This document shows positions 31,699 to 42,625 of a stretch of 64,000 nt of DNA, in pieces. A program made the position numbers and the translations under genes. Location: the NCBI GenBank assembly GCA_045863395.1, contig BTVJ01000001.1:128001-192000 (forward strand), given 5' to 3'. Numbering within the stretch: the first letter of the stretch is position 1; each line of letters opens with the position of its first letter. Source of the stretch: Myxococcales bacterium (GTDB lineage: Bacteria; Myxococcota_A; UBA9042; JABWCM01; BTVJ01). The notes under the pieces were generated by a model. It ran no database searches and had not been told where the DNA came from. It worked only from the letters and a program-made list of their open reading frames with translations.

Positions 31699-32457
31699 TC
31701 AGCCTGCGAGCAGCACCGGCGTCGTGCAGAGGTGCAGCACGCGGCTCGTCGTGCTCCCGAAGATGCGCTCGCGGAGCCAGCTCCGGCCAAAGGCCCCCAT
31801 CACGATGAGGTCGGTGTCCTTGCCCTCGGTCTCCATCCACCCAAGGATGACGTCGCTCGGCTTGCCCGGCGTCCAGTAGTGGCCGACGGCAACGCCGCGC
31901 TCTCTGGCCATGCCCTCGATCTCGGTGAACAGGCGGTCCGCCATGTTCTCGTCGGAGGTCACGGTCATGACCGTCGCCTCCCGGAAGAGCGCAGGCGCCA
32001 GGTTCCGCAGAGCCCAGCTCGCCGCCGCCCGGGACTGGGGGCTGCCGTTGTAGGCGATCAGCGGGCGGGCGAGCTCCGTGACGGACTCGGTCACCACCAG
32101 GGTCGGGCAGCTCACGTTGCGGACGACGTCCATGGTCGTCGCGCTGACCGCCACCCGGGTGTCGCGGGTCGCCACCTTCGTGTGGTTGCGCAGCAGCACC
32201 AGGTCGGCATTCTGCGCGGCCTTGACGATGCCCTGGACCACGCCACCCTCCAGCCTGTGGATGGTCGCGGCGATGCCCGCATCGCCCAGGCGCGCGCGCG
32301 CCTCGTTGATGCGCGCCTCGGCGAGCAGCTCGCTGCTGCTCTCGCGGACGTGGACGAGCTCCACGTCGCAGCCCGCCCGCGCCCCCACGTGGCAGGCCAT
32401 GTCGACGGCCATGAGGCTCGCCGGCTCATGGTTGATCGGGACGATGATGCGCTTCAT
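31699..32457 (-). CDS. Tandem-domain universal stress protein
   Basis: IIVPI...DLVLL...CPTLVV, then LIAYNGS...[21 protein letters not shown]. Confidence 0.88.
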   Translation of the reverse strand: MKRIIVPINHEPASLMAVDMACHVGARAGCDVELVHVRESSSELLAEARINEARARLGDAGIAATIHRLEGGVVQGIVKAAQNADLVLLRNHTKVATRDTRVAVSATTMDVVRNVSCPTLVVTESVTELARPLIAYNGSPQSRAAASWALRNLAPALFREATVMTVTSDENMADRLFTEIEGMARERGVAVGHYWTPGKPSDVILGWMETEGKDTDLIVMGAFGRSWLRERIFGSTTSRVLHLCTTPVLLAG

Positions 32458-32529
32458 GTGATGCCTCCACCGTGGGTGCACATACATCAACAGCGTAGGC
32501 GGGAGCAGGCTGGCGGCAACAGGCGGGGG

Positions 32530-33252
32530 CTACAGGTTGCGATGGGCCATCCGGATGCGGACGAGATCGGCCGCCATGCGAGCGCTGTCCCGGATGGCGT
32601 TCACGCGGGTGGCGGGGTCGTCGATCCACACGACGGGGACCTCGGCGATGGTATAGCCGAGGCGCCGTGCGACGTAGAGGGCCTCCACGTCAAAGCCGAA
32701 GCCGGGCGTCGTCACGCGGGCGAACACGTCGCGCGCCACCTCGCGACGGAACAGCTTGAAGCCGCACTGGGTGTCGACGATGCCCGGCAGCACGATGGCC
32801 TGGACCATGCGGTTGAAGACCTTGCCCATCCACTCGCGGTAGATCGGCTGGTGGCGCAGGATGCGGGCGCCCTGTGTGGCGCGCGAGCCGATGACCACGT
32901 CGTGGGTCGAGATGTGCGGCGCCAGGTGGTGGAGCTCCTCCATGGGTGTAGACAGGTCCGCGTCCGTCATGAGCAGGTGGTCGCCCTCCCCGTCCAACAT
33001 GCCGCGGCGCACACTCCACCCCTTGCCCCGGTTGCCGGGGTTGCGCACAATCCGCACCTGGTGGGTGTGCTGCATGCGGCGCGCGACCACATCTGTGGTG
33101 CTGTCGGTCGAGCCGTCATCCACTACGAGGATCTCATAGTCCCGGATGTTCTCCGCGAGCCACGCGATGATCCGGTCGAGGGTTGGGCCGATGCGCTCGG
33201 CCTCATTGTAGGCCGGGATGACGACCGTCAGCTTGCGGATGGAGCGAATCAT
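32530..33252 (-). CDS. GT2 glycosyltransferase (dolichyl-phosphate beta-glucosyltransferase-like)
   Basis: VVIPAYNE, VDDGSTD, NRGKG, DADLSTP, DTQCGFKLF, FDVE, EVPV.W. Confidence 0.92.
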   Translation of the reverse strand: MIRSIRKLTVVIPAYNEAERIGPTLDRIIAWLAENIRDYEILVVDDGSTDSTTDVVARRMQHTHQVRIVRNPGNRGKGWSVRRGMLDGEGDHLLMTDADLSTPMEELHHLAPHISTHDVVIGSRATQGARILRHQPIYREWMGKVFNRMVQAIVLPGIVDTQCGFKLFRREVARDVFARVTTPGFGFDVEALYVARRLGYTIAEVPVVWIDDPATRVNAIRDSARMAADLVRIRMAHRNL

Positions 33253-33310
33253 CGGAGCACGGGTACCCCAAGGCGTGGTCACTGTCAACACGACCCCACG
33301 AGAGGCGCAG

Positions 33311-33946
33311 ATGAGTGAGTCCAGCCGGGATCACACGGAGGTGGAGCTCAAGCTACGGCTCAACGAGGAGGCCGACTACGAGCGGCTGCGAGCCTGCCTG
33401 GGGCCTCCGGTGGAGACGGTGGAGCAGGTCAACCACTACTTCGAGGCGGCGGGCGACGGCCTGCGGGCGGCGGGGGCGATGCTGCGGGTCCGCGAGGGGG
33501 ACGGACCACCGACGGTGACCCTCAAGGTGCGCGCCCGGCTGGCGGAGGGGGTCCTGGAGGCGCGGGAGGTGGAGGCGTCCCTCGACGCCGGGACGTGGGA
33601 GGAGATCCGTCTGGGCGCGCGGGGCATGGAGAGCCTCGACGTGGCCCCGGTGCGGGTCGCGGTCGACTTGCTGGGGTCACCGGCGCGCTTGGAGGTGCAG
33701 GGGACCATGCGGAACCGGCGCGAGCGCCATACGATGGGCGGGCGCGTGCTGGAGCTGGACCGGACGGAGCTCCCGGACGGTACGCGGGACTTCGAGGTGG
33801 AGGTGGAGACCGACGATCCGGCAGATACGCGACAGGCAGTGGAGGCGCTCCTCCGGTCCTGCGGCGCGGGCTGGACGGAGCAGACCCAGTCCAAGTACCA
33901 GCGGTTTCTGGAGCACCTGCCGGTTGGGGGGGGGCGGGACCTGTAA
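33311..33946 (+). CDS. CYTH (triphosphate tunnel metalloenzyme) domain protein
   Basis: EVELK (ExExK), QVNHYF, LRVR, TLK, ELD.T, EVEVE, SKYQR. Confidence 0.9.
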   Translation: MSESSRDHTEVELKLRLNEEADYERLRACLGPPVETVEQVNHYFEAAGDGLRAAGAMLRVREGDGPPTVTLKVRARLAEGVLEAREVEASLDAGTWEEIRLGARGMESLDVAPVRVAVDLLGSPARLEVQGTMRNRRERHTMGGRVLELDRTELPDGTRDFEVEVETDDPADTRQAVEALLRSCGAGWTEQTQSKYQRFLEHLPVGGGRDL

Positions 33947-34024
33947 CCACTGCCTGCGGGGGCCCCGCTTCGCCCTGGGAAGCCGGAGAGCGCACGTCGT
34001 AGAGTGCTCCTCCGGGAGACGACC

Positions 34025-35119
34025 ATGAGACGAAGACACATCGAGGACCAGAGGTCGCAGGGGAGGCGCGCGCTGGCCGTGCTGCCCGTCCACTACCCGA
34101 AGGAGCTCCTCACGGCGCTGGACATCCTCGCCGTGGAGCTCTGGGGGCCCCCGGGCCCGCCGCGGGGACCGGGCGCGGGGCGGGTCCAGGCCTATGTGTG
34201 CCCGGTCGTCCGCAACGCCACGGCTTTCATCGAGGCGGGGCACGCGGACGGGGTGGACGGGCTGCTGTTCCCGCACACCTGCGACTCCGTCCAGGGGCTG
34301 GCGACGCTGGCGGCGGACTTCGGCCTCACGCGCAAGCCCTGCTTCACGTTCATCCACCCGAAGGGCGAGGACCGGCCCGCGCTCCGCACCTTCCTGCGGC
34401 GGGAGCTGCGGGCCTTCGCGGACCGCCTCGGCGCCTGGGTGGGGCGGCGGGTGGACGCCGACTCGCTGCGGCGGGCGATCGGGCTGCACCGGCGCATCGA
34501 CGCGCTGCGGGCTCGGTTGCTCGACGAGAGGCGCACCGTGGGGCTGACCGACGCAGAGCTCTATGGCGTACTGCGGCGGGGCGAGTGGCAGTGGCCCGAG
34601 GCTCACCTGCAGGAGCTGGAGGCCGCGGTTGGGACGATCCGCGATGAGACGACACAGCGCGGGGTCCCCCTCTTCGTGACGGGCTATGTCCCCGAGCCCG
34701 CGGGGCTCCTCTCACACCTGGAGGACGCGGGTGCCTTCGTAGCCGCCGACGACTGGGCGGCGGTGGGGCGGCGGGTGGTCCGGTGGGGGGAGCGCCCGCT
34801 CCCCGAGGATCCCTGGGACGCCCTCGTGGAGCTGCGGCTGGCGTCGCCGCCGTGCTCGACCCAGGGGGCGGACCAGGCGCGGCGCATAGACCACCTGGAG
34901 CGGCTGTATCTCGGCTCCGGCGCTCGCGGGGCAATCCTTCACATGATGAAGTTCTGCGAGCCCGAGCTGTTCGACCTGCCGGCGATTCGGCGCCGTTTCG
35001 AGCGCATGGGTGCCCCGGTGCTCGTGCTGGAGACCGAGCTGGAGGGTGAGCTCAGCGGGCAGGCGCTGACCCGGCTCGAGGCCTTCGTCGAGATGGTGGG
35101 CCGAAGGAGGGCGGCATGA
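34025..35119 (+). CDS. 2-hydroxyacyl-CoA dehydratase family subunit (HgdB/HadC/BcrC-like)
   Basis: Fe-S ligand Cys in YVCPVV, HTCDS and KFCEP; C-terminal TRLEAFVE. Confidence 0.88.
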   Translation: MRRRHIEDQRSQGRRALAVLPVHYPKELLTALDILAVELWGPPGPPRGPGAGRVQAYVCPVVRNATAFIEAGHADGVDGLLFPHTCDSVQGLATLAADFGLTRKPCFTFIHPKGEDRPALRTFLRRELRAFADRLGAWVGRRVDADSLRRAIGLHRRIDALRARLLDERRTVGLTDAELYGVLRRGEWQWPEAHLQELEAAVGTIRDETTQRGVPLFVTGYVPEPAGLLSHLEDAGAFVAADDWAAVGRRVVRWGERPLPEDPWDALVELRLASPPCSTQGADQARRIDHLERLYLGSGARGAILHMMKFCEPELFDLPAIRRRFERMGAPVLVLETELEGELSGQALTRLEAFVEMVGRRRAA

Positions 35120-36438
35120 TCCGCAGACTCCAGTTCGAGGCGGTGGGGAGAGTGGTCGGGCCCGCGCTCATGGAGATCGAGCACTGGCAGTCGGTGCTGC
35201 GGCGCAAGAGGCGGGGGCGCTCCCCGGCGGGGAGCAAGCTGTTCGGGCCTCCGATGGAGTCCCTGCGCATGCTGAAGGACCTGATGACCCGGCACTACCT
35301 CCAGGGGCGCTACGCGGACGGCGCGGTCCCGGTCGCCTGGGTCACGAGCGGCTTCCCCGTGGAGATCCTGCGCCCCCTCGGGTTCTATACCATCTACCCC
35401 GAGAATCACGCCGCGCTGTGCTCGGTGAAGCGCATGGTCCCGGAGCTGTCGGATCGCGTCGAGAGCATGGGATATTCGAGAGACCTGTGCGGCTATGCGC
35501 GGGCCGATCTCGGGTCCGTGATGTCCGGCGAGACTCCCGTCGGGCGCCTGCCCAAGCCGGACCTGCTCTGCTGCTGCACGAACATCTGCCAGACCGTGCT
35601 CGGGTGGTATCGGAACCTGGCGTCTCACTTCGGCGTCCCCCTGGTGCTCATCGACACTCCCTTCGTCTACGGGTCGTCCCCCGAGCACGCCCAGCAGTAT
35701 GTGCGCGACCAGGTCGCCGAGGCCGTGAGAGTCGCCGAGGGAATCGCGCGCAAGCGGACGGGCCACGACGACTATGCGACGTCCCTGGAGCTCGCCCGCG
35801 AGGGGACCCTGCTCTGGAAGGAGTGCCTGCTGACGTCACAGGCGCGCCCGGCGCCGTGGACGGGCTTCGACCAGTTCTTCCACATCGCGCCCATCGTGAC
35901 CATGCGCGGCACCAAGGAGTGCAACGCCTACTACCGGCACCTCCTCGACGAGCTGAGAGACCGGGTGAGCCGGGGAGTCGGGGGGATCACCGACGAGCGG
36001 CACCGGCTCTTGTGGGACAACCTGCCCATCTGGTTCGGGGTGAAGGATCTGGCGACGACGTTTGCGGAGCGCGGCTTCAACTTCGTCTGCACCACCTACA
36101 CCAACGCGTGGGCTGAGGCCGGCGAGCGCATCGACCCGAGCGACCCGGACGGCTCCGTGGCCGCGTCCTACACCTACATCATCCTGAATCAGGATCTGGC
36201 GAACCGCCTGTCCCTGATGACGCGCCTCGCCGCGACCTACGGGGTGGACGGCGCGGTGCTCCACTCCGACCGCTCCTGCAAGCCCTACTCGATCGGTCAG
36301 ATCGACCTGAAGGACAGGCTGGCGCGAGCCGCCGGCATTCGGGTGCTCATCCTCGAAGCCGACCACGCGGACCCGCGGGCCTGGGCGCCGGAGCAGTCCG
36401 AGAATCGCCTGACCGCCTTCATGGAGACCTATCAGTGA
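35116..36438 (+). CDS. 2-hydroxyacyl-CoA dehydratase family subunit (HgdA/HadB/BcrB-like)
   Basis: YPEN, DLCGY, LPKPD, NICQT, RSCKP, D..DPR, RL.AF.E; ATGA overlap. Confidence 0.88.
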   Translation: MIRRLQFEAVGRVVGPALMEIEHWQSVLRRKRRGRSPAGSKLFGPPMESLRMLKDLMTRHYLQGRYADGAVPVAWVTSGFPVEILRPLGFYTIYPENHAALCSVKRMVPELSDRVESMGYSRDLCGYARADLGSVMSGETPVGRLPKPDLLCCCTNICQTVLGWYRNLASHFGVPLVLIDTPFVYGSSPEHAQQYVRDQVAEAVRVAEGIARKRTGHDDYATSLELAREGTLLWKECLLTSQARPAPWTGFDQFFHIAPIVTMRGTKECNAYYRHLLDELRDRVSRGVGGITDERHRLLWDNLPIWFGVKDLATTFAERGFNFVCTTYTNAWAEAGERIDPSDPDGSVAASYTYIILNQDLANRLSLMTRLAATYGVDGAVLHSDRSCKPYSIGQIDLKDRLARAAGIRVLILEADHADPRAWAPEQSENRLTAFMETYQ

Positions 36439-37196
36439 GCGCGGTGGCCATCGGCGTCGACGTGGGCAGCACCACCTTCAAGGCGGTGGCCGTCGACCGG
36501 GACGGCCGCGTACTGTCGCGCATCGTGGAGCCCACGGACCCGCGCATCGAGCGGCAGGCGGAGCGGGTGATTCCAGCGCTGCGGGAGCAGGCCGGGGCGT
36601 CCGCCGCGTGCCCGGTGGGCGCAACAGGGTACGGTCGAAAGCGGATCGCGGCGTCGCGCCGCGTGACGGAGATCACCTGCCATGCGCTCGGCGCCTGGCA
36701 CGTGATCAGGCGCCCCTCGCTGCTCATCGACATGGGCGGTCAGGACACCAAGGTCATCCGCATCGGCGACGGCGGCGAGGTGCTCGACTTCGCCATGAAC
36801 GACAAGTGCGCGGCCGGCACGGGGAGATTTCTCGAGGTGATCCTGGGGCGCCTGCTGGTCCCCTACGCCGAGGTCGCCGCGCAGGTGCAGTCTGCAGGGC
36901 GGACAATCCCCGTGTCGAGCACCTGCACGGTGTTCGCGGAGAGCGAGGTGGTCTCCCTGGTGGCGCAGGGCGAGCCCGTCGAGGGCATCCTCAAGGGACT
37001 CCACGTCGCGCTCGCCTCCCGGGTCGTCTCGCTGGCCGGCCGCATGGTGGGCGAGCTCCCGGTGCTCATGAGCGGCGGAGTCGCCCTGAATGGGGCGATG
37101 GTCGCCATCCTGTCCGAGTCTCTCGGGCGCCGCGTGGACGTGGTGGCAGACCCGCAGGTCGTCGGGGCGCTGGGGGCGGCGCTGTCCGTGGTGTGA
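36435..37196 (+). CDS. CoA-substrate-specific enzyme activator ATPase (HgdC/HadI-type)
   Basis: GVDVGSTTFK, ATGYGR, EITCH, DMGGQDTK, MNDKCAAGTG, STCTVFAESE, GGVA.N; GTGA overlap. Confidence 0.93.
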   Translation: MSAVAIGVDVGSTTFKAVAVDRDGRVLSRIVEPTDPRIERQAERVIPALREQAGASAACPVGATGYGRKRIAASRRVTEITCHALGAWHVIRRPSLLIDMGGQDTKVIRIGDGGEVLDFAMNDKCAAGTGRFLEVILGRLLVPYAEVAAQVQSAGRTIPVSSTCTVFAESEVVSLVAQGEPVEGILKGLHVALASRVVSLAGRMVGELPVLMSGGVALNGAMVAILSESLGRRVDVVADPQVVGALGAALSVV

Positions 37197-37341
37197 GCGT
37201 TCGGCGCAGTGAGCACCACTGCTCCCGTGCCGGCAGGCGCGCCGAGTCATGGAAGCCACCCAACGACACGCGAGATTGCCGGAACGCGGCCCCAGCGCAG
37301 TGACGCCGCCGATGGAATCGGTCCCGGGCCGACGCGCCGAG

Positions 37342-38190
37342 CTACTGATACAGGTGGTTGCTCTGCTCGGCGGTGGGGAGCATGTGCATGCCGAGGTAGG
37401 TGAAGACGATGGCGAGGAAGCCGACGACCGTGATGATCGCGCCGGTGCGGTCGCTGAAGCCGCGGGTGTAGCGCAGGTGCAGGTAGGCCGCGTAGACGAG
37501 CCAGCTCACGAGCGCCCAGTTCTCCTTCGGATCCCACACCCAGTAGTCTCCCCACGCTGCCTTCGCCCAAATGGCTCCGATCACCAGTCCGACCGTCAGC
37601 AGCACGAACCCCAACTGGATTGCCCGGTGCATGAAGCCGGCGAAGTTGGTCTCCGTGTCGGAGCCCGACGCGGTGCGCATCTTCAGGAGCGCGTTCGGCT
37701 TGAAGAGGTGGAGCACGGCCGCGATGAACGCGAAGAAGAGCGCCGCGTAGCCCACGAAGTAGACCATGACGTGGGGGATGAACCACGGGCTCTGGAGCGC
37801 GGCTGGCAGATTGACTATCTCTGCGTCGGATTTGTAGACGGCGTAGCCGTAGATCAGCCAGACGAATCCAGCCGTCAGGAATCCAAACCAAGCGATTCGG
37901 TAGTATCTCTCGACCAGGACATACAGCAGCGCCGTACACCACGAGAACAGCAGCAGCGACTCGTACAGGGTCTTGAAGGGCGGCCGGTCCGCCTCGATCC
38001 AGCGAACGACGATCAGCGCCGTCGCCATGATGAACGCGAGGGAGAAGAGGATTGAGCCGAGCTTGCGGAGCGCCTCGCCTCCCTTCTTCAGCACGACCAG
38101 GCCGTAGGTGCCGGCGACCAGGGGGAAGAGCCCGAAGGTGGCCAGGAACAGGGCACTCTGGTGCCCGAGACTCTCGAAGAACGCGGTCAT
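37342..38190 (-). CDS. ccsA: Cytochrome c biogenesis protein CcsA/ResC (system II)
   Basis: P...LYESL, PALQSPW..PHV, WWD domain WGDYWVWDPKENW, YLH. Confidence 0.92.
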   Translation of the reverse strand: MTAFFESLGHQSALFLATFGLFPLVAGTYGLVVLKKGGEALRKLGSILFSLAFIMATALIVVRWIEADRPPFKTLYESLLLFSWCTALLYVLVERYYRIAWFGFLTAGFVWLIYGYAVYKSDAEIVNLPAALQSPWFIPHVMVYFVGYAALFFAFIAAVLHLFKPNALLKMRTASGSDTETNFAGFMHRAIQLGFVLLTVGLVIGAIWAKAAWGDYWVWDPKENWALVSWLVYAAYLHLRYTRGFSDRTGAIITVVGFLAIVFTYLGMHMLPTAEQSNHLYQ

Positions 38191-39842
38191 GCCGTCACCT
38201 CCACCTCGCGCACCTGGGCGCGCGCCACTGCACTCCTCTCCCACCACGGCTTCCAGTTGCGCAGCGCGATGGTGTGGACCACACCCGCGATCAGCGCCCA
38301 CAGGCCGAAGGTCACGATGGCCAGGCCCGGGTCCTTGACCACCTCGATGCCGCTATAGCTGGGGTTCTTCGGGTCGAAGTTCGACTGATAGAAGGCGTAG
38401 CCCTCGAAGTACATCGGGTGATTCACCCGAATCTCCTCCGTCTGGACCTCGGTGCCGTTCCGAACCACGGTCAGCGTGCTGCGGTAGTTCTTGATCATCT
38501 CCGGCTTCTCCCGGTAGACCAGCACCCGCCCGCCGCCCAGGTCGATGGGCTTTGGATTGGCCGCAACCAGCAGCGCCGTGTCGACCTTGCCGGACGGCCA
38601 GCGCACCTCGACCTCCGCGGCCGGGTTGAGCCCCTCGCCGTCTCCCTCGGCAAGCTCCGTGGGCCCAGGCGTCATGGCGTACTTGAGGCCGGCGGTGTTT
38701 CCGTGGGCCACGTCCCGCAGCTCCTTGCGGCCGAACAGATAGGCCGTGGACTCCTTTCCATCGGGCTCGGTCACGACCACGGCTACGGCCGGGTTGTTGG
38801 GCTGGTCCGAGCGGCTGTAGACCCGGCGCGACTCCATGTCGATGACGAAGTCCGGGAAGTAGTCCTCGATCAGCGCCTTGCGCCCGTCGGGCAGAATCAC
38901 CGTCTCGCCGAGGGCGACCTCGCGGTCCACTCCGTCGGGCATGGTCAGGATGTGCCTGTCCGGGGCCGTGTTGCGCCGGACCAGGTTCTTGTAGAGCTTC
39001 GTGACGGTGACGGACGTGCTGCTCTTGCCGCGCGCAGCGCCCACCGTTGCGCCCACCTCGGGCTCCTGGGCGATGACCACCTTCCACCCGTCCGTGTTCG
39101 GAACCTCCTCGTAGGTGTAGAACTTGTACTCGGGGTCGTAGTGGTCGAGCTCGAAGCGGTCGAGGCGCACCCGGAAGTCCATCTGCACGAGCTCCGATGG
39201 CTTGTCGCCCTTCTCGTTGGTCATGTACGAGTCCGCCGACTGCCCGACCACCAGGTGCATCATGCCGCGCTTGCCGGTCAGCGACCCGATGAGGCCGCCG
39301 CCCAGAATCAGGAGCACGCTGATGTGCGATACCAGGAGCCCCATGTGCCTCCACTTCTTGAAGGACACGCGGCGCCGCCACACGGTGATGCCAGACGCCA
39401 GAGCCAGCAGGAAGAGGATGAACGCGAAGGGCAGGCTGTGGAAGACATCGTCCAGGTGCAGCGCCAGCAGGACCGGCGCCGCCGCGCCGTAGCGCTCCCG
39501 GATCACCGCCTCGCCGACCTCCTGAAGCACCACCGTCCCGAGGACGGTCATAAGCATCAGCGCGACGAGGACCACCACCGCGGCGTCCGCGGAGGCCAGG
39601 TAACGGTAGATGCGCTTCCAGGACAGGAACACGAAGGAGCCCACGACCACCGTGGCGCCCAGCGCGATGAGCAGGAGCTCGAAGAGGGAGGCGCCGGCGC
39701 CTCGCCCCGTCTCGAGCAGCGTCTGGGTCCCGGCCGCTGCGAGCAGCAGGAGCCCGAGGCCCGCGGAGATCACGCCGTAGGAGGCCTTCTTCTTCGGCCT
39801 GGCGTGGTCCTCTGACTTGACCGTGTTTCGTGTGTTTGCCAT
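38187..39842 (-). CDS. resB: Cytochrome c biogenesis protein ResB/Ccs1 (system II)
   Basis: LGTV..Q, L.DVFHS..F, G..VSH, YRS.L, IRVNHP...GY.FYQS, KDPG; ATGA overlap with ccsA. Confidence 0.88.
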   Translation of the reverse strand: MANTRNTVKSEDHARPKKKASYGVISAGLGLLLLAAAGTQTLLETGRGAGASLFELLLIALGATVVVGSFVFLSWKRIYRYLASADAAVVVLVALMLMTVLGTVVLQEVGEAVIRERYGAAAPVLLALHLDDVFHSLPFAFILFLLALASGITVWRRRVSFKKWRHMGLLVSHISVLLILGGGLIGSLTGKRGMMHLVVGQSADSYMTNEKGDKPSELVQMDFRVRLDRFELDHYDPEYKFYTYEEVPNTDGWKVVIAQEPEVGATVGAARGKSSTSVTVTKLYKNLVRRNTAPDRHILTMPDGVDREVALGETVILPDGRKALIEDYFPDFVIDMESRRVYSRSDQPNNPAVAVVVTEPDGKESTAYLFGRKELRDVAHGNTAGLKYAMTPGPTELAEGDGEGLNPAAEVEVRWPSGKVDTALLVAANPKPIDLGGGRVLVYREKPEMIKNYRSTLTVVRNGTEVQTEEIRVNHPMYFEGYAFYQSNFDPKNPSYSGIEVVKDPGLAIVTFGLWALIAGVVHTIALRNWKPWWERSAVARAQVREVEVTA

Positions 39843-39990
39843 GTCGTCCCTCGCTCTCCGGCGGCCCATCCCGGCCGCGCTCGTCGAGGCCCCGCGGGCC
39901 CCAGGCCCCCCTCCCATCTCCCTGGGGGGGGCTCGCGGGCATTCTTGCCCATGCGGACATGCACATCCAGAACTAGCGGACGACCTCCAC

Positions 39991-40026
39991 CGTTTACGGT
40001 TACGTTAACGTTGACGCTCGGTGAAC
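39991..40026. repeat. Degenerate hexamer tandem repeat (GTTNAC-like units)
   Basis: cgtttac-ggttac-gttaac-gttgac...gtgaac in the spacer between the response regulator and resB. Confidence 0.5.
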
Positions 40027-40038
40027 GGTCGCTCCGGC

Positions 40039-41355
40039 TCAGCCGAGGCCGTACTCGCGGAGCTTGTCGTAGAGGGTGCGGAGCCCGATCCCGAGCCGCT
40101 CGGCTGCTCGCCGGCGGTGCCCCCCCGTAGCCGCCAGGGCCTGGCGGATGGCCTCCCGCTCCAGTTCTCGCAAGGATCCCGCAGCCGGCCCTGCCGGCGT
40201 CACGGAGGCCCCGAGCGACAGGTCGGCGACCCCGATGCGCGGCGTCAGGGCCACGATTGCCCCGCGCTCCAGCGCGTTGGCCAGCTCCCGCACGTTGCCG
40301 GGCCACGGGTGGGCCAGCAGCGCCGCCTTGGCCGCGTCGTCCAGCACAAGGCCAGGGCGCCCGAGGCGCGCCGCGATGCGCCCGAGGAGGTGGGCGGCGA
40401 GCGGGAGGATGTCGCCGGGCCGCTCTCGCAGCGCGGGCAAGCGCACCGGGAACACGGAGATGCGGTGATACAGGTCCTCGCGGAAGCGGCCCTCCCGGAG
40501 CTCCAGCGCCAGATCCTTGTTCGTGGCCGCCACGAGGCGGATGTCCACCACCAGCGTGCGCGTCCCCCCGACGCGCTCGAAGCGGCGCTCCTGCAGTACG
40601 CGCAGCAGCTTGGCCTGCAGGTGGGGCGCGATCTCGGCCACCTCGTCGAGGAACAGTGTCCCGCCATCCGCCAGCTCGAAGCGTCCGCGACGCTGAGCCG
40701 TTGCGCCAGTGAACGCCCCCTTCTCGTGCCCGAACAGCTCGCTCTCGAGCAGGCTCTCGGACAACGCGGCGCAGTTGACGGCCACGAAGGGGCCACCGCG
40801 GCGCGGGCTCGACCGGTGCACGGCGCGCGCTGCGACCTCCTTGCCCGTGCCGCTCTCGCCGACCAGCAGCACCGTGGCATCCGTCGCCGCGACCCGGTCG
40901 AGCTGCGCCGTAACGGCCACCATGGACGGGTCCCAGGCCATGAGCCGGTCCGGCTCCCCGTCCCGCCGCTCCTGGTGCGCATCTGCCAGCCGTCGTCGCT
41001 CCACGCCCCGCGCCACCGTCAGCCGCAGCTCGTCCGGGCCGCTGAGAGGCTTTGTCAGGTAGTCGAAGGCTCCGAGCTTCATGGCCTCCACGGCGGTCGC
41101 GACCGTCCCGTGGGCCGTGAGGACGACAATCTCCATCTCGGGCCAGGACGCCCGCGCCCTGCGGACTACGTCCATGCCGTCCATCCGCGGCATCTTGAGG
41201 TCCACCACCATGAGGTGGAAGCTCTCCGCCTCCAGGCGGTCGATGGCCTCGCGCCCGTCCGCCGCCTCGACGACCGCGTACCCCACGTCGCTCAGGGCCT
41301 CGGCGAGGAAGCTGCGGATGCCGTCCTCGTCGTCCACCACCAGGATGCGCTCCAT
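40039..41355 (-). CDS. Sigma-54-dependent response regulator (NtrC/ZraR/AtoC family)
   Basis: REC domain (VDDE, DLKMP), [39 protein letters not shown] and Fis-type HTH. Confidence 0.96.
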   Translation of the reverse strand: MERILVVDDEDGIRSFLAEALSDVGYAVVEAADGREAIDRLEAESFHLMVVDLKMPRMDGMDVVRRARASWPEMEIVVLTAHGTVATAVEAMKLGAFDYLTKPLSGPDELRLTVARGVERRRLADAHQERRDGEPDRLMAWDPSMVAVTAQLDRVAATDATVLLVGESGTGKEVAARAVHRSSPRRGGPFVAVNCAALSESLLESELFGHEKGAFTGATAQRRGRFELADGGTLFLDEVAEIAPHLQAKLLRVLQERRFERVGGTRTLVVDIRLVAATNKDLALELREGRFREDLYHRISVFPVRLPALRERPGDILPLAAHLLGRIAARLGRPGLVLDDAAKAALLAHPWPGNVRELANALERGAIVALTPRIGVADLSLGASVTPAGPAAGSLRELEREAIRQALAATGGHRRRAAERLGIGLRTLYDKLREYGLG

Positions 41356-41359
41356 GGGG

Positions 41360-42616
41360 TCACTCCGCGGGGACGACGACGCGCATCACGGCGCCGCCGT
41401 CCGGGTGGTTGAGCGCCTCCACACGGCCACCGTGACTCTCCACGATGCGCCGCGCCACCGCCAGACCGAGGCCCGTGCCGTGGACCCGCGTCGTGTGGAA
41501 GGGCTCGAAGATCTGCGCCACCTCGGCGGGGTCGATGCCGGGACCGCGGTCGCGCACCTCGAAGGCGACCCCTCGCCCCTCCTGGCGCACGATCAGATCG
41601 ACGGCCCCATCCACCGCAGACGCCTGGGCCGCGTTGCGCAGCAGGTTCACGAGCACCTGCTCCATGCGCACGTGATCGAGCGCGATCACCGCCACCGGCT
41701 CCTGCGCAACCAACCGCACACGGGGGTCGTCCACCTCGGCGATGGCGGCGCGGGCCACCTCCACGGGATCGACCGGCCGCCGATCCACGCTCCCCGACCG
41801 CGCGAAGGACAGGATGTGCCCGCTGAGCTCCTCCAGGCGGACGGCTTCACGGACGATGAGCTCCGCCTTCCGCCGGCCCGGCTGCTCCGGCTCGAGCTTC
41901 TCCAGGAGGAGCTGCGCGTGCCCCTTCAGTGACGCAAGCGGGTTGCGGATCTCGTGCCCCAGGACCGCGGACATCTCCCCGAGTACGGCGAGCTGGCGCT
42001 CCCGGGCCAGATCGGCCTCGAGACGGTCCGCACGACGCCCGAGGCGCCACAGCACGAGAGAGGACGCGAGCAGCGCCAGGGCCACGACGGCAGAGACCAC
42101 CAGCGCGGTGGCCGCCCGTTGTCCGATGGCGCGCGCCTCGGGGGGGTCGAGCTCGATGACGAGCGCGGGGCGGGCAGCGCCTCTTGGCCCGCGCCAGGGG
42201 CGACCGAACGGACCCCGCGGGGGCGGCTTTACGACGAAGCGATAGCGCCCCCCTCCCAGAGCCACGGGGTCGGCCAGCTCCTCCTCATCCCCACGCAGGG
42301 CGGGCAGCGGCCCCCCAAGTGCCTGCCCGCCCTCCGCGAGGACGCGCCCACCCGGGCGAACCACGGCGACGTACCGCAACCCCCGATCTGCGAGCTCCTC
42401 GACGAGGCCCCCCAGGGTCTCGCTCGAGGGGGGCCCCCCGGCCAGCTCCCGCCGGATGGAGTCGGCCAGGTCGAGGGCGCGCCCCCGGACGAGGGCGAGA
42501 GAGGCGTCGCTGGACGCCACCCACCCGGCGATGGCCGTCCAGAGGAGCCCCACCCCGAGGAGCACCGCTACGACGAGCAGGCCCCAGCGGGGGAGCGAGC
42601 GGGAGGCGGCAGCCAT
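41360..42616 (-). CDS. Membrane sensor histidine kinase (ZraS-like)
   Basis: Two TM helices, HEIRNPL, NLLRNA, DRGPG, FEPF.TT, GTGLGL. Confidence 0.93.
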   Translation of the reverse strand: MAAASRSLPRWGLLVVAVLLGVGLLWTAIAGWVASSDASLALVRGRALDLADSIRRELAGGPPSSETLGGLVEELADRGLRYVAVVRPGGRVLAEGGQALGGPLPALRGDEEELADPVALGGGRYRFVVKPPPRGPFGRPWRGPRGAARPALVIELDPPEARAIGQRAATALVVSAVVALALLASSLVLWRLGRRADRLEADLARERQLAVLGEMSAVLGHEIRNPLASLKGHAQLLLEKLEPEQPGRRKAELIVREAVRLEELSGHILSFARSGSVDRRPVDPVEVARAAIAEVDDPRVRLVAQEPVAVIALDHVRMEQVLVNLLRNAAQASAVDGAVDLIVRQEGRGVAFEVRDRGPGIDPAEVAQIFEPFHTTRVHGTGLGLAVARRIVESHGGRVEALNHPDGGAVMRVVVPAE

Positions 42617-42625
42617 CGGTGTGGC

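Noticed and set aside
32476..32490. FNR-like TTGAT upstream of the USP gene
   Set aside because: The second half-site (ATCAA) is missing.
34025..37196. Benzoyl-CoA reductase (bcr/bzd) assignment
   Set aside because: Only one activator ATPase gene is present and there are no aromatic-degradation neighbours, so I left it as dehydratase family.
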